Assembly (NCBI GenBank): GCA_963695875.1
Contig: CAVOID010000007.1
Location: 1-64,000 of the forward strand
Direction: 5' to 3'
Length of the DNA: 64,000 nucleotides
Source: an uncultured delta proteobacterium
GTDB lineage: Bacteria; Desulfobacterota; Syntrophia; Syntrophales; UBA2185
Within the stretch, counting starts at the first letter, position 1. Every line of letters starts with the position of its first letter. Below the pieces are notes generated by a model. It saw only the letters and a list, made by a program, of their open reading frames with translations. It was not told where the DNA came from and searched no databases. The translations under genes and the position numbers were made by a program. Shown piece by piece: positions 51,762 to 64,000 of this stretch.

Positions 51762-53529
51762 TCAATCAGCACCCTGCTCTTCGAGAATCTTTTTTACATG
51801 GTCGAGGGCGCGGCGTATATATGTTTCATCAAATTTTCCCACAGGAGATGATATCTCGAAGATTCTTTTCGGGATGCGCAGTTCGTCCAGGGAAAATCCT
51901 TCTTTTGTTTTAAACCGGTACTTTTCGCGATAAATTTCTGTGCCGATCCTGTTGATGTCTTCAAGTTTCAACTCGAATCCAAGTAAAGGAAGCAGTTTCG
52001 ATACAATGTCAGGCGTATAGATTCCCCTCGCGAAAAAACAGACGACCAGGCTTGATAATATCTGACGCCATCTTTCCTCCTCCAGGAGCATATCGGCGAG
52101 TTCCTCGGGACTGACTTGTTTTTGGGCAAGCACTTTCTGGTCAATACTGTAGCCTGCATTGTCCAGATGGCTGTGTCGCAAGCCGATTAAATTTCCTACA
52201 TGGGTACCGGGGCCCGTATGGTATCCTGCCATTTCATTCTTTCCAAAGGCAAGGGCGGAATCTCTATTTCCATATATTGAGGCAGCGTATTCGACACCCT
52301 TTGCCAAGGCCATGTAAAACTCATTGGGCTGCTCAGTGATCAATCTGCTACGCATTTATGTATGGCACCGGATCTCCCCAGGAGAATTTAATCCCCATCG
52401 TTTCTTTTTCAGAGATGAGTCCCTGTTCCTGTGCCTCCGTTACCCATGCCAGAACGACACCAGTGCTTATGGCATCCATCCCCCATGTCTCGACACTATC
52501 CATCAATTTCAAGATGCCCTCGGGATCGGAAATACCCAGCATGGAGCCTAATGAATATATAGGTTCATAGTCGTAGGATATCATGGACGTCTTATAGTAA
52601 TACGGTTCATCCTCATATGGTTCTCTGAATGCAGCGATATGGATGCACCCCACAGGACAATGAGAACAGGCCAACCGCCTGCCCAAATATCCCGCTGCAA
52701 ACGCCTCACCGGAAATCGCATCCGCTTTCTCAAAGGTTGCCTCTTTTAGATTTCTCGTGGGGAAACCACCGAATTTATTCAGTGCTATGATATTCTCGGC
52801 GGTTCCCAGATCGTGATATTTCTTCATGACAGGGGATTCTACCGCTGTCTGATAGATTTCCTCATACATTTTTCGGTAAAGCTTTGTGTCGACAACAGGC
52901 ACTGATGATTTTCCGGAGATGGCAATCGCCTTGAGTTTTTTACTTCCGAAAACGGCGCCCAATCCCAATCTGCCAAAATGACGATAAGTCTCCGTCGTTA
53001 CACTGGCATATGAAACAAGGTTTTCCCCGGCCTTGCCGATTCGCATGATCGTGCGCAAGCCTCCTCCCGTCTCATTCTCTCTGATGATACGCCCCGTTGC
53101 GGAACTGCCCATCCCCCACAATGAGGAGGCATCACGAAAGTACACCTTGTTCCCATGAATGGATAAATAGATGGGGATATCACTGGCACCTTTAAAGACA
53201 ATGGCCCCGTATCCGGCCATACGGATTGCGACCGCGCTTCTACCGCCACAGTGGCTCTCTCCCAGGTTGCCGGTATGGGGAGATTTAAACATGGCGACTG
53301 TTTTGGAGGCCAGAGGGAACACTGACGTAAGGGGACCAACCGCGAATATGATCGGGTTTTCCGGGCCGATAGGATCGCAACCTGTGGGACATTCTTCATG
53401 AAGAAGCTGTATGGCCACGCCGGTGCCTCCGATATACCTGTCAAAAAGTTCAGGCCTCTTTTTCGTCATGAAGGTTCTGTTTGATAGGTCTATATAAAGG
53501 ATATTGGCAAGGGGATCATCTTTTAACAT
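51762..53529 (-). pseudogene. aldehyde:ferredoxin oxidoreductase, frameshift near 52350
   Basis: KSPHTG..GES..GG, GR.GLGAVFGSKKLKA, C..CPVGC, GMDAIS. Confidence 0.9.
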
Positions 53530-53935
53530 GGTCCACCCCCTCCTTTTTCTCCAATCCCAAGACCTTGTGGGGACAGAATTTGACGCAGTAACCGCAGTGG
53601 ATACAGATCATGGGTTTATTTGTGGTATCATCCCATAAAATGGCTCCAATAAGGCAGGCATCCTGGCAGTGCCCGCATCCTATGCATTTCTTCATATCGA
53701 GGCGAACGCCGCCGTCTTTTCTTGGCTCCAGAGCATTCGTTGGACAGACTTTCGCGCAGGGAGGATTATCACAGGCCCGGCAGACAATGACTGTAAAACC
53801 CCGCTCCATCCCTCCGACGGACTTCACGGCAATACAGGCCTTGGTGAGGCCGGCCTCATCCTGCCTGCGTGAGCACGCGAACATGCAACATTGACAGCCT
53901 ACACATCGTTCTGTTTCCAATACCGCAAGTCTCAT
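53516..53935 (-). CDS. 4Fe-4S dicluster protein (AOR partner)
   Basis: Four Cys clusters. Confidence 0.9.
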   Translation of the reverse strand: MRLAVLETERCVGCQCCMFACSRRQDEAGLTKACIAVKSVGGMERGFTVIVCRACDNPPCAKVCPTNALEPRKDGGVRLDMKKCIGCGHCQDACLIGAILWDDTTNKPMICIHCGYCVKFCPHKVLGLEKKEGVDHVKR

Positions 53936-53961
53936 TGACTTGTTCCTTTCGCTCTCATATC

Positions 53962-54150
53962 TGAGTCGAGTAGACCAGTTTCTCCCCATACCACAGGTTG
54001 AGGTTTGTTTTCTCCGTTTACCGCTTGGTTTCCCAGCGGTATCACAATATTTTAATCTTATATCAGATTTCTTAAGGCTTTGCATACCAATTACTACTAC
54101 TTGTAATCTACGACTGAACTCCAAAATTTTATTCTAACAGTTACTGGAAG
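53962..54150 (+). repeat. D motif, degenerate X, A-N36-B
   Basis: D at 53962-54001; CTACTACTTGTA, N36, TACTGGAAG (54092-150). Confidence 0.7.
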
Positions 54151-54380
54151 GACTAAACAAAAAATCCAATTGGCGATTTTTCAAGATCACTTTTTGCCCT
54201 TCCATACATACAGAGGTGTGAAATTGGGAGATGTTTCAGTACCGAATAATAATAACGCATGAATTTTACCATTACGTGTGATACAGATTTCGGCGGTAGG
54301 TATTTGAATCCGCCAGAATCACGGGGATGATTCCGCCCGCTATCGGATTCGCCAGGATTCTTTGCTGAGGCAAGATAATA

Positions 54381-57300
54381 TTGGCTCAAGGAATCATAAG
54401 AAGTCGCTGCCGCCATTGCGACTGGTTTATCGATACTGCTCCTCGGAAAGAGGGTTTGAAAGTGAATTTAAACATCAAGACCATTCCCGGGCTTCTGTCC
54501 CATGTGTGGGCGAGTCTCCGTGGAAACGATTTGACACAAAAGTACGCCTGTTTCGAGCCGCCGCTGCGAGCGGAATTATTCAGCGCCGATCAGATGGAGC
54601 AGCATGGCAAGACTCTCGCAGGCTCACACACGTTAAGCCCGGGACACGCTCCGGATCGGCTTCTGAAACGACTGGCTGAGAATGAAGGCCTCCTGATTGG
54701 CGTCCAAAGTCTGCTGACGGAGGCAGTTGAGGCAAACCGCCGGGTTACGCCTGCCGGGGAATGGCTGCTCGACAACTTCTATCTGATTGAAGAGCAGATA
54801 CGCACGGCCCGGAGACATTTGCCAAAAGGGTACAGCCGGGAACTCCCCCGCCTGATGACTGGTCCTTCGGCTGCTCTGCCGCGCGTATACGACATTGCGC
54901 TGGAGATGATCTCACATGGCGATGGGCGGGTCGATCCGGAGATTCTCAGCAGATTTGTTGCAGCATACCAGACCGTCACTTCCCTGAAGTTAGGCGAATT
55001 GTGGGCAATTCCTATCATGCTGCGCCTGGCGCTGATCGAGAATCTCCGACGCGTTGCCGGCCGGATCGCTACTGATAGAATCGACCGCAACCTGGCCGAT
55101 TATTGGGCAGACCAGATGACGGAAAGCGCCGTGAAGGACCCGAAGAGCCTGATCATTGTGATCGCAGACATGGCGCGATCGAACCCGCCGATGGTAAGCT
55201 CCTTTATAGCGGAAATTACGCGCCGCCTGCAGGGACAAGGCCCTGCTCTGTCATTGCCGCTTACCTGGCTTGAGCAGCGGCTGTCTGAGTGTGGACAGAC
55301 GATCCGGCAAATGGTGCTGGCGGAGAACCAACAGCAGGCTGCCGATCAGGTATCCGTGAGCAACAGTATCGGAAGCCTGCGATTTCTGGGCGCGATGGAC
55401 TGGCGCGAATTCGTCGAGACGATGAGCGTTGTCGACCAAGTGCTGCACGAGGACCCTAGCGGTGTTTACGGCACGATGGATTTTTCTACCCGTGACCGTT
55501 ACCGCCATGTCGTGGAAAAGATAGCGAGACACAGCCAGTTTTCCGAGAACGAGGTGGCGCACAAGGCGATCGGGCTGGCGCATGAGGGTGCAAACGGGAA
55601 AGACGGCAATGATCGCGCGGCACATGTGGGCTTTTACTTGGTTGACAAGGGATTGGCCCAACTTGAACAGACGCTGGAGGTAAGCCTTTCCCCATCTGAG
55701 TACCTTCAGAGATGGAGCCGCCGGTTTCCTTTACTCCTCTATCTGGGTACAATCACGCTGATGACGGCAGTATTCGCCGGGGGCTTGCTGGCAAAGGGGC
55801 ATGTCGATGCGTTGCCTGGCTGGGCAATTATTCTGATCGTACTCCTCTCAGTTCTAAGCGTAAGTCAGCTCGCCGTTGCCCTGGTGAATTGGCTGGCGAC
55901 ACTGCTGGCGACGCCCCATCCGTTGCCGCGCATGGACTTCTCCAAAGGGATACCGCCAGAATTCCGCACACTGGCCGTAGTTCCTACGATGCTCACAAGC
56001 ACGCAGAATATAGAGGATCTGATCGAGGCGCTTGAAGTGCGGTTCCTGGCAAATCGGGACGCTAACCTGCACTTCGGCCTGTTGACCGATTATCGAGACG
56101 CACAGGAAGAAACGCTCCCTGAAGACGAACCGCTGTTGCGGCTTGCGCGGCAAAGGATCGAAGGGCTGAATGCCAAGTACGGTCATTCCCGAGGCGACAC
56201 CTTCTTCCTTTTCCATCGCCCCCGTCGATGGAATCCTCAGGAGCGGATTTGGATGGGTTACGAGCGCAAACGGGGGAAACTTGCTGCATTGAATGCTCTC
56301 CTGCAGGGCGAGGAACATGCGGGGGATCGTTTTTCCCTCATCATCGGTGACACGAGAGTCTTATCGAGCGTGAAGTATGTGATCACCCTGGACACGGATA
56401 CGCAACTGCCGCGCGACGCGGCGTGGCAGTTTGTGGGCGCCATGGCGCACCCTTTGAATCGTGCGCGTTACGATGAAGATAAGCAGCTTGTCTGTGAGGG
56501 TTACGGCATCCTTCAGCCACGGGTCGCCGTAAGTCTGCCCGGCATGAACCGGTCGCGGTATGCGGCAATGTGCGGAAGCGAGCCCGGCATCGATCCCTAT
56601 ACGCGTGCTGTTTCCGATGTTTACCAGGACCTGTTTGGCGAAGGCTCGTTCATCGGCAAGGGCATTTACGAGGTTGATGCCTTCGAGCGAACGCTCAAAG
56701 GACGTTTCCCCGAGAACCGGATCCTCAGCCACGATCTTCTGGAAGGGTGTTACGCGCGGGCGGGGTTGTTGAGCGATGTAATGCTCTATGAGGAATATCC
56801 GTCTGCGCTACAATGCGGACGTGAACCGTCGGCATCGCTGGATTCGCGGTGATTGGCAGCTCCTGCGATGGTTGCTGTCGGGTGTTCCCGGCCCTGATGC
56901 GCGTCTTCAAAAGAATCCGCTCTCATGGCTGTCCCAATGGAAGCTATTCGACAACCTGCGGCGCAGTCTCATGCCAGCGGCGTTGACACTCCTTTTGCTG
57001 CTGGGCTGGACGGTCTTGTCAGCGGCCTGGTTCTGGACCCTATCGGTGCTCGGAATCATCCTGATCCCTTCTCTGATTACCTCTCTCCTGGAAGCGCTTC
57101 AGAAGCCGGACGACGTGCATTCTGAGTCAGCACCTCGATGCCATCCTGCACTCCGCCGGCCGGCACTTCGCTCAGGCGGCATTTACGCTCGTCTGCCTTC
57201 CCTACGAGGCGTTTTTCAGTCTCGATGCGATTGTGCGCACGTGCTGGCGGATGCTGGTCACCCACAAGCGGCTTCTCGAATGGAATCCGTCGGGCGATCG

Positions 57301-60300
57301 GGATCGCCACAGCCGCACGGACCTTGCCGCCTCTTGGGGATCGATGTGGATCGCCCCGGCCCTGGCCATTGCCGCGACGATTTATCTGACGCTTTCGAGG
57401 CCGATGTCATTAGCAGTGGCCGGGCCCATACTGGGACTCTGGTTTGCCTCTCCTGTTGTCGCCTGGTGGATCAGCCGGCCGCTTGCTCGTCGCGAAGCAA
57501 GGCTGACGGCTGACCAGACCACCTTTCTCCGGAAGCTTTCCCGCAAGACCTGGGCGTTTTTCGAAACCTTCGTCGGCCCGGAAGATCATTGGCTGCCCCC
57601 TGACAATTTTCAGGAGCATCCCGCTGCCGTAATTGCGCATCGCACGTCGCCGACCAACATGGGCCTGGCTCTTCTCGCAAATTTGTCCGCCTACGACTTC
57701 GGCTACATCCCGGCGGGACAACTCATCGAGCGCACGGCAAATGCACTCCATACGATGGAAGCATTGGAACGTTACCGAGGCCACTTCTACAACTGGTACG
57801 ACACGCAATCCCTGCAACCGCTGCGACCTACCTACATCTCGACCGTGGACAGCGGAAACCTTGCCGGCCATCTGCTGACACTGCGGCAGGGACTGCTCGC
57901 ACTTCCCGACGACCGGATTCTGGGATCGCGAGTGTTTGAGGGAATCAGCGACACCATCCGTGTCCTCGAGGACATGGATGGCAAAACCGCTTCGGACCAA
58001 CTCGTGCAACTGCAAAAATTGCTGAAGTCCGCAATCGATTCCCCGCCCACCACGCTTGCGGCGGCGCGGCTGTGCCTTGATCAGTTGGCAACGTCCGCCG
58101 CGGAAGTGGTCACCGGCGTCAATGTTCTCGATGCGGACCCCGAGAGCCAGGCGCAGTGGTGGGCGCATGCCCTTGCCGGGCAATGCCGGGCCGCCCTCGA
58201 TGAGCTGACGTTTCTCGCGGCCTGGACATCATTGCCGGCATCATCGCCGGGACAGGCTCCGCGAGATGCCGGATATCGATGAAATCCCGACGCTGCGCCA
58301 ATTGGCCAACCTTGAGGCGGAACTCCTGCAGGCAATCGAAGGGCGCCCAAACTCTGACGAGACATCGGAGAGCGTATGGCCTGGCGAACGTCGTCAGCTC
58401 ATTACGGAGGCAAGCCGGCGCGCCGGAGCGAGGATCAGGGCTATCGAAGGGCTGGCACGGCAAATCGACGAACTCGCCCATATGGAATACGACTTTCTGT
58501 TCGACGAGGCACGCAATCTCCTGGCTATCGGGTACAACGTCGGTGAACGTCGGCGGGACCCGAGTTACTATGATCTGCTGGCTTCGGAAGCACGGTTTTG
58601 CAGTTTCATAGCGATTGCGCAGGGACAGCTGCCGCAGGAGAGCTGGTTCGCCCTGGGACGTTTGCTGACCACTGCCGGTGGAGAGCAGATCCTCCTTTCG
58701 TGGAGCGGTTCGATGTTCGAATACCTCATGCCGCTCCTGGTGATGCCGACGTACGAACACACACTGCTCGACCAGACCTGCAAGGCGGCGGTGGCCCGGC
58801 AGATCGAGTATGGGAGGAAACGCGGGGTGCCCTGGGGCAGTTCGGAATCCGGCTACAACGCAATCGACGTTCATCTCAACTACCAGTATCGCGCCTTCGG
58901 CGTGCCCGGCCTGGGTCTCAAACGCGGGCTCGCCGATGATCTGGTCATTGCGCCCTATGCCTCGGCGCTGGCGCTGACGGTAGCGCCCGAAGAGGCATGC
59001 CTGAATCTCGAGCGACTTGCGGCTGAAGGCGTTATGCCGGAACGTATGGCTTCTATGAGGCAATCGACTACACTCCTTCACGTCTGCCGCGCGGACAATC
59101 AAGCGCCGTGGTCCGCTCCTTCATGGCGCATCATCAGGGCATGAGCTTCCTCTCTCTGGCCTATGTGCTCCTGGACCGTCCGATGCAGAAGCGATTTGAG
59201 TCGGAACCCATGTTCCAGGCGACCATGCTGTTGCTCCAGGAGCGAATCCCCAAGGCGACGGCGTTCTATGCGCACACCGCCGAGCTCTCCGACCGCCATG
59301 CAGAATCCATGGGCACGGAGGCGCCGGTGCGCGTGTTCGGCAGCCCGAACACGCCGAAACCGGAAGTGCACCTGTTGTCAAACGGCAGATACCACGTGAT
59401 GATCACGAACGCGGGCGGCGGTTACAGCCGTTGGAAGGACATTGCCGTCACCCGCTGGCGCGAAGACAGCACCTGTGATAATTGGGGCACGTTCTGTTAC
59501 ATCCGCGACGTGACGAGCGGGGAATTCTGGTCAACGGCCTATCAGCCGGCGCTCAAACAAGCGGATACGTATGAAACGATCTTTTCGGAGGCGAAAGCGG
59601 AGTTCCGTTGCCGCGACCACGACCTCGACACGCATACGGAAATTGCCGTTTCGCCCGAGGATGACATCGAGCTGCGCCGCATCACCATCATCAACCGTTC
59701 CGGGAAACGCAGAGCCATTGATGTCACGAGTTATGCGGAGGTCGTCCTCGCCTCGCCGGCCGCGGATGCACTGCATCCGGCGTTCAGCAATCTCTTTGTT
59801 CAGACCGAGATCCTCCGCCGGCAGCGGGCGATTCTCTGCACGCGCCGGCCCCGCTCCCAGGGCGAGCACGCTCCCTGGATGTTTCATCTGATGGCCGTGC
59901 ACGGCGCGGACATCGGAGAAATCTCTTATGAGACCGACCGCCTGCGGTTCATCGGCCGCGGAAATACGGTTGCCGACCCGCAAGCGATGGGTGATGCATC
60001 GGCGCTCTCCGGCAGCGAGGGCTCCGTGCTGGATCCGATCGTCTCGATCCGTTATCGAATCACGCTCGATGCGGAAGAAACGGCAACGGTCAATATTGTC
60101 TCCGGCATCGGCGAGACTCGCGACGCAGCCTTAAGCCTGGTCGGGAAATACCAGGACCGGCGTCTCGCGGATCGGGTCTTCGATCTGGCGTGGACACACA
60201 GCGATGTCTTCTTGCGGCAGATCAATGCCACGGAGGCCGACGCGCAGCTCTACGGACGCCTCGCCGGCTCGGTGATCTATGCCAATGCTTCGCTGCGCGC

Positions 60301-63206
60301 CGATGCAAGCGTCATCATCAAGAATCACCGCGGGCAATCCGGTCTCTGGGGCTACGCCATTTCCGGCGATTTGCCGATCGTACTCCTGCGGATTGAAGAT
60401 CCGGCCAATATTGACCTGGTGCGTCAACTCATACAGGCCCATACGTACTGGCGCTTAAAAGGACTGGCGGTGGACCTGGTGATCTGGAACGAAGATCACG
60501 CCGGTTACCGGCAGCAACTCCAGGAACAAATCATGGGGCTCATTGCCGCAGGCGTCGGAGCCCACGTGACGGATCAACCGGGCGGCATTTTCGTAAGGCC
60601 TGCGGACCAGATATCGAGCGAGGAACGCATCCTGCTCCAAACGGTCGCCCGCGCCATCGTCACCGACAGCCGGGGGATGCTGGCGGACCAGATCAACCGC
60701 AGAAGCCTCGTGGAATTAACCGTGCCGCGCCTTACGCCGACCCGGACTCGACCGTGGCGCCCCCCCGGCAGTTGCCGCCTTGCCTCGCCACGATCTGCTG
60801 TTTTTCAACGGACTCGGCGGATTCACCCCTGATGGCCGCGAGTACATCATTACAACCACGCATGATCAGGTGACGCCGGCGCCATGGGTGAATGTCCTGG
60901 CGAATCCGCACTTCGGAACCGTCATCTCGGAGAGCGGCTCTGCCTATACCTGGGCCGAGAATGCCCACGAGTTTCGCCTCACTCCCTGGTATAACGATCC
61001 CGTGAGCGATACGAGCGGGGAAGCGTTCTACCTCCGCGATGAAGAGCGCGGCCACTTCTGGTCTCCCATGCCGCTGCCCAGCCGCGGGGCGACGCCTTAC
61101 GCCACCCGGCACGGATTCGGCTACAGCGTCTTCGAGCACACAGAGCGCGGCATCCGCTCCGAGGTATGGGTTTACGTGGCCATGGACGCATCGATCAAGT
61201 TTACGGTGTTGAAGGTGAGAAACGAGTCAGGCCGATCACGCCGGCTCTCTGCTACCGGATATGCGGAATGGGTTCTGGGAGATCTGCGGCCCAAAACGAC
61301 CATGCATGTGATCACCGAAATTGACCCCAACAGCGGAGCGCTTTTCGCGCGGAACCCTTACAATACGGAGTTCCCCGACCGGACTGCCTTTTTCGACGTG
61401 GACGAAGCGACCCGGACGGTAAGCGGCGACCGGACGGAATTCCTGGGGCGGAACGGCACGCTCGCGAGTCCGGCCGCGATGACCCGGTTGCGGCTCTCCG
61501 GCAGGGTAGGGGCCGCCCTGGACCCCTGCGCCGCGATCCAGGTTTCCTTCGAACTGGCCGCCGGGCAGGAACGTGAAATCGTCTTCAGGCTCGGCGTCGG
61601 GCGGGACGCCGAGGACGCCGGCAACCTGGTGCGTCGCTTCCGGGGATCTGCCGCCGCGCGCAACGCGCTCGAAACGGTCTGGCAATACTGGCAACACACG
61701 CTCGGCGCAGTGAACGTGGAAACACCGGACCAGTCCCTCAACATGTTGACCAACGGCTGGCTCTTGTACCAGACGCTGGCATGCCGCCTGTGGGCGCGCA
61801 GCGGCTACTACCAGTCCGGGGGCGCCTTCGGTTTTCGCGATCAGTTGCAGGACGTGATGGCGCTCATCCACACCGAGCCGCGCCTCGTGCGCGAGCACCT
61901 CCTTCTTGCCGCAGGCCGTCAATTCCCCGAGGGTGATGTACAGCACTGGTGGCATCCTCCTCAAGGCCGCGGCGTGCGCACACACTGTTCCGACGATTAC
62001 CTCTGGCTGCCGTTGGCGATGTGCCGCTACGTCCGGAGCACCGGGGATTACGGTGTATTGGATGAGACCATCCACTTCCTTCAGGGCCGCCCGATAAACG
62101 CGAATGAGGATTCCTATTACGATCTGCCCGGCCGGTCTCAAGAAGCGGCCAGTTTGTATGAACACTGTGTAAGAGCCATCCTGAGAGGTCTCAACTATGG
62201 CGAGCACGGATTGCCGCTCATGGGCTCCGGCGACTGGAACGACGGCATGAACATGGTGGGCGCAGAGGGGAAAGGCGAAAGCGTCTGGCTGGGCTTTTTC
62301 CTGTATGATGTGCTTATGCAATTCACTGAGGTTGCCCGCAGGCGTGGCGATCTACCCTTCGCCGAACGGTGCGAGGCAGAGGCGGCTCAGATGCGCCGGA
62401 ACATCGAGCAGCATGGCTGGGATGGCGGGTGGTACCGCCGCGCTTACTTCGACGACGGCTCGCCGCTTGGGTCGATGAGTAACCCCGAATGCCGGATTGA
62501 TTCGATTGCGCAAAGCTGGTCTGTTCTCTCCGGCGCAGGTGATGCCGAACGCGCGCGCATGGCCATGGAGGCGGCGGATCAGCGCCTTATCCACCGGGAC
62601 CAGGCGCTGATCCAACTCCTGGACCCGCCCTTCGACAAGTCTGATTTGAATCCCGGCTACATCAAGGGATACGTCCCCGGCGTACGGGAGAATGGCGGGC
62701 AATACACCCATGGGGCGATCTGGATGGCGATGGCCTTCGCTCAATTGGGCGACAGCCGGCGCGCCTGGGAACTGATGGCCATGATCAATCCGGTGAACCA
62801 TGCGAGGTCTCCTGAGTCGATTGCGACTTACAAAGTGGAACCCTACGCCGTCGCGGCCGACGTTTATGCGCTCTCACCGCACACCGGCCGCGGCGGATGG
62901 ACGTGGTACACCGGTTCGGCCGGCTGGATGTACCGGCTGATCGTGGAATCACTCCTGGGGCTGAGGCTGGAGGTGGATAGACTGAGTTTCGCACCGCTCC
63001 TCCCGGCGGATTGGGAGGGCTTCACGGTGCACTACCGTTATCGGGAAACGGTCTACCACATCGCCGTTCTGCGCAGGCAGGTCGGCGATGGCGCAACGAG
63101 TGTGACCGTCGACGGCGCCCCGCAACAGGATACAACGATTACCCTTGTTGACGACCATCAGGAACACGCAGTCGAGGTGAGAATACCCGCAGACGGAATT
63201 GAGTGA
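54381..63206 (+). pseudogene. ndvB: cyclic beta-1,2-glucan synthase (GT84 plus GH94), about 5 frameshifts
   Basis: [67 protein letters not shown]. Confidence 0.92.
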
Positions 63207-63369
63207 GTCGAGTAGACCGGTTTCTCCCGATGCTACAGCATATCTGCTGTAAACCTTTGTAGGAGAGGGATTAATTGATAACAGGAAATAGCCACGGAGG
63301 TTGCCTGTTTCATTCACCTACATGTCTTCACAAACGCTCGGCAAATAAGAGTTAAGATGTCGTAATGAA
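63204..63369 (+). repeat. D motif followed by C-N36-A
   Basis: TGAGTCGAGTAGACCGGTTTCTCCC begins at the ndvB stop codon; CCTAC 63317-21, N36, TGTCGTAATGAA. Confidence 0.65.
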
Positions 63370-63390
63370 AGCTTTTTAACCCGTGGTTCG

Positions 63391-63617
63391 CTAATTTTTC
63401 TTTAGATCTTCAAGTAATTGTCCTAAAAGTCTCAGCTGTTCCTGTTGAATTGAAATCAGCTCACTCCACTGTTTCTCCCTGAGTGAATCAACTTTCTCAT
63501 GAAGCCCTATTATTTCAAGCTCTGCCTTTAAATTGACTTCATAATCGTGTTCCGCACTTAGTCGATCCTTATAGGCCTGTCGATTTTGGGACATCAAAAT
63601 AATTGGAGCTTGATATG
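63391..63617 (-). pseudogene. DUF1003 C-terminal fragment
   Basis: QAPI.LMSQNRQ..KDR..AEHDY.VNLKAELEI; N-terminus missing. Confidence 0.8.
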
Positions 63618-63745
63618 ATCAGAAGAGGAGTTGTTAAATATAGCTATAAAAACTATGATATTCCATAGAAATAGTCTTAGAAATAAACTTGGTTTAAAGA
63701 ATCAAAAGCCAACCTTCGAGCCCAGCTATTAACTTTCATATAAGA

Positions 63746-64000
63746 TCAAATTATTGCCTGAATTAACCTAGTAATAATTAGGCATTGCATTTGCCAAAAT
63801 TTAACCGGATTATACACACTGGTTATTTTAGTATCTTCCAGTCCTATCTTCAGAAAGCCCACGTATTGAGAAGCAAACAGACCTGCAAACTGAAGCTCGC
63901 CAAGAGGGAGGGCAGTTTCTTCGACGCAGTGATCGATACCATGGCTGTAATAGATGGTGAAGGTAAATTCGATCATTACCGGTCTGCTGTCACCGACATC
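63746..64000 (-). CDS. partial hypothetical ORF at the window edge
   Basis: Open frame running off the window end. Confidence 0.35.
   Translation of the reverse strand, partial: DVGDSRPVMIEFTFTIYYSHGIDHCVEETALPLGELQFAGLFASQYVGFLKIGLEDTKITSVYNPVKFWQMQCLIITRLIQAII

Noticed and set aside
1622..54150. Integron attC sites
   Set aside because: No RYYYAAC/GTTRRRY boxes; only some copies can fold; spacing rather than pairing is conserved; no intI.
57410..62321. Long antisense ORFs within ndvB and the etf genes
   Set aside because: Shadow frames of GC-rich coding sequence with no recognisable motifs.
1..64000. tRNA, rRNA, or a tyrosine/serine recombinase gene
   Set aside because: None recognised in the sequence or the ORF track.

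Overview
This window is an accessory, mosaic region, probably from an anaerobic Desulfobacterota/Syntrophales-like bacterium. That assignment is inferred from etfBA plus an Fe-S oxidoreductase, AOR, DUF169 and thiolase. It holds about 60 unrelated one-gene or few-gene modules, three IS110-family elements with definable ends, and several frameshifted long genes. The main unexplained signal is non-coding. Many module boundaries carry members of a family of fixed-spacing motifs: a core A (GATTACCRYTTGAA) followed after exactly 36 bp by B (WWCAGGAAG), about 18 copies; C (CACCTAC) followed after 36 bp by A, about 9 copies; 28-bp dif-like palindromes X; a D motif; and a reused sigma70 promoter. Their arrangement (C-A, cargo, A-B) suggests a site-specific gene-cassette or integrative-element array. 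No recombinase for it is encoded in this window. Each IS110 is inserted in a different motif of this family (X, C or B), and each carries a downstream bridge/seek-RNA whose guide segments match its own target and donor junction. All motif counts come from manual reading, not computation.
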